From Eledone cirrhosa (taxonomy: Eukaryota), in assembly GCA_964016885.1 (NCBI GenBank), contig OZ024745.1, positions 102,300,001 to 102,364,000 on the forward strand: 64,000 nt of DNA. Reading direction: 5' to 3'. This document shows, in pieces, positions 56,101 to 64,000 of this stretch; position 1 is the stretch's first letter; every line of letters starts with the position of its first letter. A program made the position numbers and the translations under genes. Under the pieces are notes generated by a model that saw nothing but the letters and a program-made list of their open reading frames with translations, had not been told where the DNA came from and did no database searches.

Positions 56101-56460
56101 TGGTTTCATTTGGATCAAAATTTCCAAGTGTGTGCCATTCCAGTGTTTCTTATAGATTTTTGAATCGACAGTATTGTGTCTATATCCTCCTCCAAGAACC
56201 CTGCCAGAATCCACCAGATGTTAATGTTGGGTGGTATGTTTGAAATGTTTATTTTTTATGTTCTTTTTTCCATGTATGTAGGGGAAAAAGGTGTGGCAGA
56301 GGTAACAGGGGTCACTGAGTATTTGTTTGCAAGGGCCTCACTCATAGTTTAGCCCTTTGTATGAAGTGTATGTGTGGCATTGTCTCTTTCAAGACGATTT
56401 CAATTTCGCCTTGAGTAAGGAAAGCTGTTTTTTTTCGTGTGTTTGAAATCACGTGAAAAG
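53139..56460 (-). mobile_element. Tx1/L1-clade LINE, degenerate (ORF1 zinc knuckle + ORF2 RT)
   Basis: PGLDGLPYEFY, NFRPLTLLN, IRQGCPL, AYANN (YADD equivalent), GGLG in frameshifted minus ORFs; CFKCASTSHLKASC (CX2CX4HX4C) in 55774-56214; 3' end aataaagaaa abuts (TA)n. Confidence 0.88.
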
Positions 56461-56783
56461 TCACAGTCCTTCACATTGTGTCGGCTTTGATTTGTGGCGG
56501 AGAGGTGATTTTAAATCCCCCTTTTTCCTCGAAGGCAATATATATTTTTCCTTCATTGATCATTTCCTTCGCATTGGAAATATCAATATTTGTAAAAGTT
56601 TGTTTGCTTATTGTGGCAAAAGATGTTTTATGGTTGCTGTTGTTGTTGTTGTCATTGTTTTTGTTGTTCTCAATTGCTTGATTTGTGATAAATATATAGA
56701 TGGAAAAAATGGTTACAGATATGAAAATAATGATTTTGATTTTACAGATATAAACATAATAACAATGTTAAAATTATAAAGTA

Positions 56784-57025
56784 CTAGCAGTGGTACCCGG
56801 CGTTGCACAGGATAAGGTATTTTGGAACGCGGGCCGCCAATAGACCTAATCGTGGAACAACTGCATGCTTCGACAATATGTAAAGAAAATAAACCGAATA
56901 CTCTGATGGCTGGATAATCTTTAAGATTTTCCTTGATGAAGCAAGAAAAATGCAGGTTTTCACCTAGGGCATCAAGAAAATGAATTTTTTTTATATACAT
57001 AATATGCCTTGAAATTTCGGGGAAG

Positions 57026-57070
<45 letters not shown>

Positions 57071-58043
57071 GGCTAGACGTAACGCCTAAAAAGCTGAAAA
57101 AAATGAAGTTTTTCACCTAATGCGGGCCCTAGGCCATAAAAAAGTTGGATTTTCTTTGATCACAGTATGAAGAAGAGTCTGACTAATACATAGTTACAAT
57201 TTCAAGGAAATCGGTGTGACAAAACGCCTCAAAATACCCCTAAAAAGCTGAAAAAAACGTAGTTTTTCACATAATGTGGGCCCTAGGGTATCAAAAAGTT
57301 GAATTTTTTATGTGCATAACACTCCCTGAAACATAACACGGGCCGCCAAGAGACCTAATCGTGGGAAAACTGCATGCCTGGACAATATGTAAAGAAAATA
57401 AACCGAATACTCTGATGCAATTAGTATTAGGTATGCTTCTCCTTCCACTTGGAGAAAATCGACTTGGTGCTTTTGTACTTTAATGAAGTGGTACGAGTCA
57501 GTAGGACAGATGTCAGAGGGAAGTCTGCAATGCTTGAGCAAGGCATGACATGCAATCGGACAGCATGGGGGGCATTCTTGAAGGAGTCCACCGCAACTCG
57601 ACAAACGTTTACCAAACTGTGGGTATAATCTAACAAATTTAAAGAGGAATGGTGCAATAAAATGGGCCATGAGGCGTGTGCGCGTTCACTGGCAGCCCTA
57701 AACGAAAGGGTCGCCATCAGCTATTTCAAGGGCCCTTAAAATGGCCGTGTAAGCCGTTCACTGACATCCCAGTAAGGAAGGATAACCATCAACAATTTCA
57801 GGGCGCGACGTTATATGTATCTATCTAAAAAGAGAAAGACTAAGAATTATAGAGAGAGATCGCTAAATCGCCTAATGCGGTCCCTAGGGCATCGGAAATT
57901 TGAAATTTTCTTTACTCAGAACACTCCCTGAAACATAAGTATTACATGAGTAAAGTTTGAAAACAGTCGTTGGGTGCTTCTCGAGTTTAAGGGATTCAAA
58001 CTCACACAAACAGACATCCTCAGTTTTATATATATATAGAAGA
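56784..58043 (-). mobile_element. Non-autonomous chimeric Helitron
   Basis: CTAG 3' end with hairpin, TC 5' end; inserted between A and T with no TSD, shown by the empty-site duplicate near 58560. Confidence 0.88.
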
Positions 58044-58089
58044 TTATAATGTCAACACTGGATATATGTATGTCTATCTAAACATTACA

Positions 58090-58471
58090 AAATTATTAAC
58101 CATCTTGCCAACAACAACCCTGAGCACCTTTTTTATTTCCATATGTCTAACACACGTGGGCATGCCTACAAAGTCAGAAAACAGCACAGCTCCCATGACT
58201 TTCGGAAATATTCTTTCACGCTCAGAATTGCTGAAGCATGGAACAAACTACCTGCATCCTTCAAAACCTCCATGGTTCTTGAGATTCACCAACACTACAT
58301 CTGATGCCCCCCCCCCCCCTCCATACACACACACACACACACACATGTATTTCCTGACTCGTACACTGTTCATTTTCCTGACATTTGTACATTATTCTAT
58401 GTACTATACATGCACCTTTGATGAGTTGTAGTGCACCTGAGCACTGTATACAATAATTTCATTATTATTTT
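58090..58471 (+). mobile_element. CR1/L2-type LINE 3' end
   Basis: TRGHAYKVRKQHSSHDFRKYSFTLRIAEAWNKLP (CR1 C-terminal motif); (ATT)n tail. Confidence 0.8.
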
Positions 58472-59881
58472 AAATATATAGATGGAAAAATGGCTACAGA
58501 TATGAAAATAATGATTTTGATTTTATAGATATAAACATAATAATAATGCTAAAATTATAAAGTATTATAATGTCAACACTGGATATATGTATGTCTATCT
58601 AAACATCAAATTAATATTCAGTGATTGTTCATTGATATAATGAGGAGGCTTGTTACATTTAACAGAGCGGATTCATCATAAATGTGTGGATACATTGAAG
58701 TAAACATTTAGCCTTAGGCCAGGAGTGATTCATGGTGTTCTTGGGACTACATCATAAAATGTGTCCATCCCTTTTTAAGACATCAAAGTGGGATTTGAAA
58801 GAAGTCCAGCAGTTATTTCTAGCAGTTCGAAGGACATCATAAAAGCTCCATTGCTGGCCCATTCTCATCCTCATTATCAACATCAACAACATCATCATCA
58901 TCAACATTAGTTTTAAATCTGTTTTTCCATGCTTGCATGGGTTGGAAGAAATATTTTGAAGCTCAGTTTAGTGAAATTAATATAGCTGAAGTAGTTGGCT
59001 GTACGTGACATTTTGAGAAATATTGACACTATGTTGTTATAGAAGAGAAAAGATGCCATCAGTTTGTCTTTTTATAACACTGCACTGCCTTAGATGTTCC
59101 ATAAATTCTACAGAATGTTAAGAAATAAATCATTCAGTCATAAATTTATTGTCTCTGCTTCAATTATCTGATATTTTGTAATAACTATTTCAGCCATACT
59201 AATTATAACAATGGAGCTTCTTCATAGCTTTATATATATCTCATTCCAAACAGTAGAAAACAAAAGATACTTAAGTCATTTCATTATATAATAATATTAT
59301 TGGCTGGGCTCTTCTTTGTAAAGGACACTCAATTACTTCATTAGATGTTTTAAAAGAGTAAATTATTTTGGCTTGGTTTTCATTAAATATATATCTGGTG
59401 TGTGGAATAATAATTTTGATTTTTAAACCTTTTGATATTTTTAACCCCTTCTGCCTTAGTTTCAATGAAACAAAAACCCCTGTGTTAAAGGGTTCCTATT
59501 TAAATTAAAATCTTTCAACAGTTTTATGTAAGAACATTTTGTTAGTTATGTTACAAATGCCATCCTAATATTGAAATGAGTAATATCTTTTCATAAATCC
59601 CTCTAAATTTTTCCTTAATTGAATAAAAGTATTTTATTATAAATATGACCATAAGAGGATTAATATCCATTTCCATTGTGATATTTAAGTAACAGCTATT
59701 ATGGAAAACTAAACATTATCAGAAGTCTGAGATGCAATCTATGTGAGGTTAAAGTATCATACTATTGACCAGATAGTCAAGTTTTCAAACTTTACTAATA
59801 CAATTGTAAAGCCACATAATATTCATAGCCTATATTTGAGTGGTTAGCAATACTCACAATATTCATAAATTACAAGTTTAA

Positions 59882-60089
59882 CCTTTTAGCAATTATATTA
59901 CTCTATATTTACTATTGTATTTTCTCGGTAAACACTTTATCTCATAATTATCACACATAATATTGAATCTACAAGATTTTGATATTATTTATTTTGAGAA
60001 CATTACCATGAGCAACCGGTTATGTCTAGTTTGAACAGAAAAAGGTGAGAGAATTCTGACCGGATATGGACAGTTTAAATGCTAAAGGG
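59882..60089. mobile_element. piggyBac-like MITE
   Basis: TTAA|ccttttagca...tgctaaaggg|TTAA. Confidence 0.7.
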
Positions 60090-60307
60090 TTAACCTTACT
60101 GGTCTAGGTGCAAAAATAAAATGCACCCAATACATTCTAGTTGGTATTAGGAAGGGCATCCACCCATAAAAAAAAACATATCAAAAAAGGAATTATAAGC
60201 AAGATATTCTCCAACTCATTGTTTCAGACTGTGATAGCCTGGAAAAATTACAAATTTTAATTGGGGACTTTAATGATAATAATAACACCAGTGCATTGAG
60301 AGTGTTG

Positions 60308-60338
<31 letters not shown>

Positions 60339-60926
60339 GTTAGCTAAAACCCTATAGATATATTCTGTTGTACAGTATATGAATATTCAGCACATAATCT
60401 TATTTACCCTTACTTTTAAGCTTCACTTGTTTTTAGGCAGTTTGATATCATAGATATTTATTTCTTATCTATATTTTACCACAAACTAACATGGATTTAT
60501 TTATATTCTGAACATGTATCTATACAGAGAAGACACTACATTATTCAAATTATTCAGATTTAATATCCTTAAAATTCGGATTTTTAAGAAACAACTCTTC
60601 AAGTTATGAGCAAAAATGGGTTTTGACATTAATGCTGAAAAATCTTCAGTGACAAAAAATATCGTTTTGATGATTAATCACTTGTAGTTTACCAAAGATG
60701 AATAAAATAACAGTGTATTCTCCATTTTCACATGATAAGATTATCAGGAAGGTAAAATCTACTTTTATAATGATTAGTAGTTACTGTTGCTTCTGTTGAA
60801 TAAATATTTGCGTTTTTATCAATTTACAAACATTATAATGATGGATAGCAGATTCATTGACTTATAGCTTCAAGTATTAGCTGGATATTTAAAAGAAACA
60901 TGAACAATCTAAATTTTAATAATTCA

Positions 60927-61557
60927 CTAGCAGTGGTACCCAGCGTTGCACGGCATAAGGTATTTTGGAATGCAGGCCACCAACAGACCTAATCATGGAA
61001 AAGCTGCATGCCTGGACAATATGTAAAGAAAATAAACCGAATACTCTGATGGCTGGATAATCTTTAAGATGTTCCTCGATGAAGCAGGAAAAATGCAGGT
61101 TTTCACCTAATGCGGGCCCTAGCGGATCAAGAAAATGAATTTTTCTTATGTGCATCATAGGCCTTGAAATTTCGGGAAAATCGGCTAGATGTAACGCCTG
61201 AAAAAAGCCCTAAAAGGCTGAAAAAAATGAAGTTTTTCACCTAATGCGGGCCCTAGGCCATAAAAAAGTTGGATTTTCTTTGTTCACGGTATGAAGAAGA
61301 GACTGACTAATACATAGTTACAATTTCAAGGAAATCGGTCTGATGTAACGCCTCAACCCCCACCCCCCCCACCCCAAGCTGAAAAAACCCCGCAGTTTTT
61401 CACCTAATGCGGGCCATAGGGGATCAAAAAGTGGAAACATAAGTAATACACATGTAAAGTTTGAAAAAAATCGGTTGGGTACTTCGAGTTTTAGGGATTC
61501 AAACTCACAGACACACACACACACACACACACACACCCTCAGTTTTATATATCTAGA
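60927..61557 (-). mobile_element. Non-autonomous Helitron
   Basis: 3' part near-identical to 56784-57300; CTAG and TC ends; internal ~130-bp repeats. Confidence 0.85.
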
Positions 61558-61896
61558 TTATCTATATATCTAAAACAGAGAATGTCTGTCTGTCTGACTC
61601 CCTAAAACTCGAGAACCACCAAACCGATTGTTTTCAAACTTTACACATGTAACACTTATTGTCCTGTGAGTGTTTTGAGCAAATAATATTTCAAATTTTC
61701 AATGCCCTAAGGACCGCATTAGGCGATTTAGCGATCTCTCTCTATAATTCTTAGTCTTTCTTTTTAGGTAGATACATAGATATAACGTTGCGCCCTTATA
61801 ATATCTCTCTGTATGTCTGGCTATCTGCATTAAGACATTATTATGCTATATGTGTGTGTGTGTATTTATGTATATATAGTGTGTGTGTATATATAT

Positions 61897-63350
61897 ATAT
61901 ATAAAGAATGAATAATAACAGGTAGACATCAAAAAGGGTAATTTATTCTGTGTGCTTACAAATGTTTCCACGGTGGTACTACAGCCTAGTTATGCTATGT
62001 GCAAATTTACAGGTATTTGCAGAACTCAAATATCCAATGCTGTGACCACTGTATCCTCAGAGCAGAATGGTAAAAATGTACAATGTAAATACCCTTAAGT
62101 GGGGTTGTTGGGGAAGATAGAGTAGACAAGTAGGGGAGAGGGAGAGAAAGATATGCAGGGGTTGGAGAAGTAGGAGAGAGTGGTTTGTAGATATCTTAAT
62201 CAAAATGTTATGGTAGGGGTTTTATTATACTGGTTACTTTTGGAGAGATGCGTTGATAGTTAAGGTCGGAATTATTTATTGCCCCAGAGGGCAGGTTCAT
62301 AAATGTGAGGAGGGAGGTAGGCCAAAGGCGAGAGAGAGAGAGAGAGTGTAATGGATGTAGAGAGAGAGGTAGAGAGGGGACAGACGAAGTTTATGTGGTG
62401 AGTGAACTTTGGGTTTGTAGTAGTAATCTATGAATTGCATTGGGTTACCATTTATAGTGATAAGCAGTGTATTGTCTTGTAGTGTGGGGGAAGAGAAGGT
62501 GGTTAGCTAGAAAGCGATGTTATAGTTACGGGTTCGGATGTTAAGTTATATCTAAAACTAAAAGCTAAATTCTCTCACTATAAAATAACTTAACATCCGA
62601 ACCCGTAACTATAACATCGCTTTCTAGCTAACCACCTTCTCTTCCCCCACACTACAAGACAATACACTGCTTATCACTATAAATGGTAATCCAGTGCAAT
62701 TCATAGATTACTACTACAAATCCAAAGTTCACTCACCACATAAACTTCGTCTGTCCCCTCCCTACATCCATTACACACTCTCTCTCTCTCTCGCCTTTGG
62801 CCTACCTCCCTCCTCACATCTATGAAGTTTCCCTCTGGGGCAATAAATAATTCCGACCTTAACTATCAACGCATCTCTCCAAAAGTAACCAGTATAATAA
62901 AACCCCTACCATAACATTTTGATTAAGATATCTACAAACTACTCTCTCCTACTTCTCCAACCCCTGCATATCTTTCTCTCCCCTACTTGTCTACTCTATC
63001 TTCCCCAACAACCCCACTTAAGGGTATTTACATTGTACATTTTTACCATTCTGCTCTGAGGATACAGTGGTCACAGCATTGGATATTTGAGTTCTGCAAA
63101 TACCTGTAAATTTGCACATAGCATAACTAGGCTGTAGTACCACCGTGGAAACATTTGTAAGCACACGGAATAAATTACCTTTTTTGATGTCTACCTGTTA
63201 TTATTCATTCTTTATATACACTCCGGAATACAGAAGGATCAGGAAGTTTCTTCAACAATTCTTCCATAACTCGTAGAGTAACCTCTCACCGTACGTCAAC
63301 CATATCCAGTGTAGTAATTAACCAGTACTACATCTTGGGTAATCCTATAC

Positions 63351-63353
<3 letters not shown>
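61897..63353 (+). mobile_element. Penelope-like foldback element (family F): ~640-bp arms, 35-nt spacer, ~135-nt tail, in (TA)n
   Basis: Arms ~61897-62549 and 62585-63218; tail to 63353; hammerhead in the arms. Confidence 0.85.
63052..63163 (+). ncRNA. Hammerhead ribozyme with extended (~85-nt) stem II
   Basis: tgct CTGAGGA tacagtggt...accaccgtg GAAA catttg TA^agca; antisense copy ~61952-62063. Confidence 0.75.
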
Positions 63354-63386
<33 letters not shown>

Positions 63387-64000
63387 TGTGTAACGTTTTT
63401 CAAAATATTTACTTTTTATTCACAGATCGATTTTTTTAGTTTCAGAAGATCCCGTTAAGGGTGAAAGCAGCAATTCTTTGCTTAAACTTTAATCTGTTAT
63501 TTTAATGTGTTGTTTCCTTGAGCAAGACACTGTATTTCACATTGCTCCAGTTTACTCAGCTGTAGAAATGAGATGATAGGGACTGGGGTCCATATCATTC
63601 CACTGCAAAGTGGTCGTGGAGGTGCCACGGCAAAAAAAAAGCACCCAGCACTCACTGTAAATGAGGTTGGTGTTACAAAGGGCATCCAGCTGTAGAAAGC
63701 AAGCCAGAATCAGTTCCCACCCCACCCTTGCAAACAGGGAAAAAGCAGACGACGAAGAAGATGATATATATAATTATATATGTGTACAGATATTTTTGCA
63801 TACACAATAACAAAATATAAACAAACGTATTTATTTCACGAGGCTCGATAAGGATAAATATATATCAACCCTAGAGCAAATCCCAAGCAACGCCAGGCCA
63901 TTCTGCTAGTTCCTTACTAAAACTACCACAAATCCATAAACTGACAGCGTCATTTGGGCATCAGATTAAATGATTTGGGATATTTGTTCTGCTCCTCTGA

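Larger units (their letters stand above)
61561..63909 (+). mobile_element. Non-autonomous Helitron hosting a nested foldback element and a SINE
   Basis: TC start, ...gccaggccattctgCTAG|T end; colinear with 44619-45475 apart from the insertions. Confidence 0.85.

Noticed and set aside
61897-63218. DNA foldback/MITE transposon interpretation of the long palindromes
   Set aside because: One-sided tails, no symmetric termini or TSD, and hammerhead motifs favour a PLE-type retro-origin; not fully excluded

Overview
AT-rich animal genomic DNA with no supportable host exon; the SINE, RTE, Helitron and microsatellite content suggests an octopus/cephalopod (inference). It is almost entirely (TA)n/(CA)n/(TACA)n microsatellite plus decayed or non-autonomous transposons: RTE LINEs and RTE-derived short elements, a Tx1/L1-like LINE, a CR1 3' end, tRNA-derived SINEs, six Helitron-type elements, hAT/pogo/piggyBac remnants. 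Most long ORFs in the supplied track are microsatellite artefacts. The main signal is at least five sequence-unrelated families of short non-coding elements, mostly inserted in TA-rich microsatellite, built as an inverted repeat plus a one-sided tail and/or ~310-330 bp tandem units. Each family carries a hand-foldable type I hammerhead ribozyme motif, usually with a palindromic stem III. Three families use the compensatory U3:A8 core. This architecture matches Penelope-like-element pseudo-LTRs and metazoan non-LTR retrozymes. An HDV-like ribozyme candidate lies at the 5' end of an RTE-derived element. All structures were read by eye; no database search or folding program was run.
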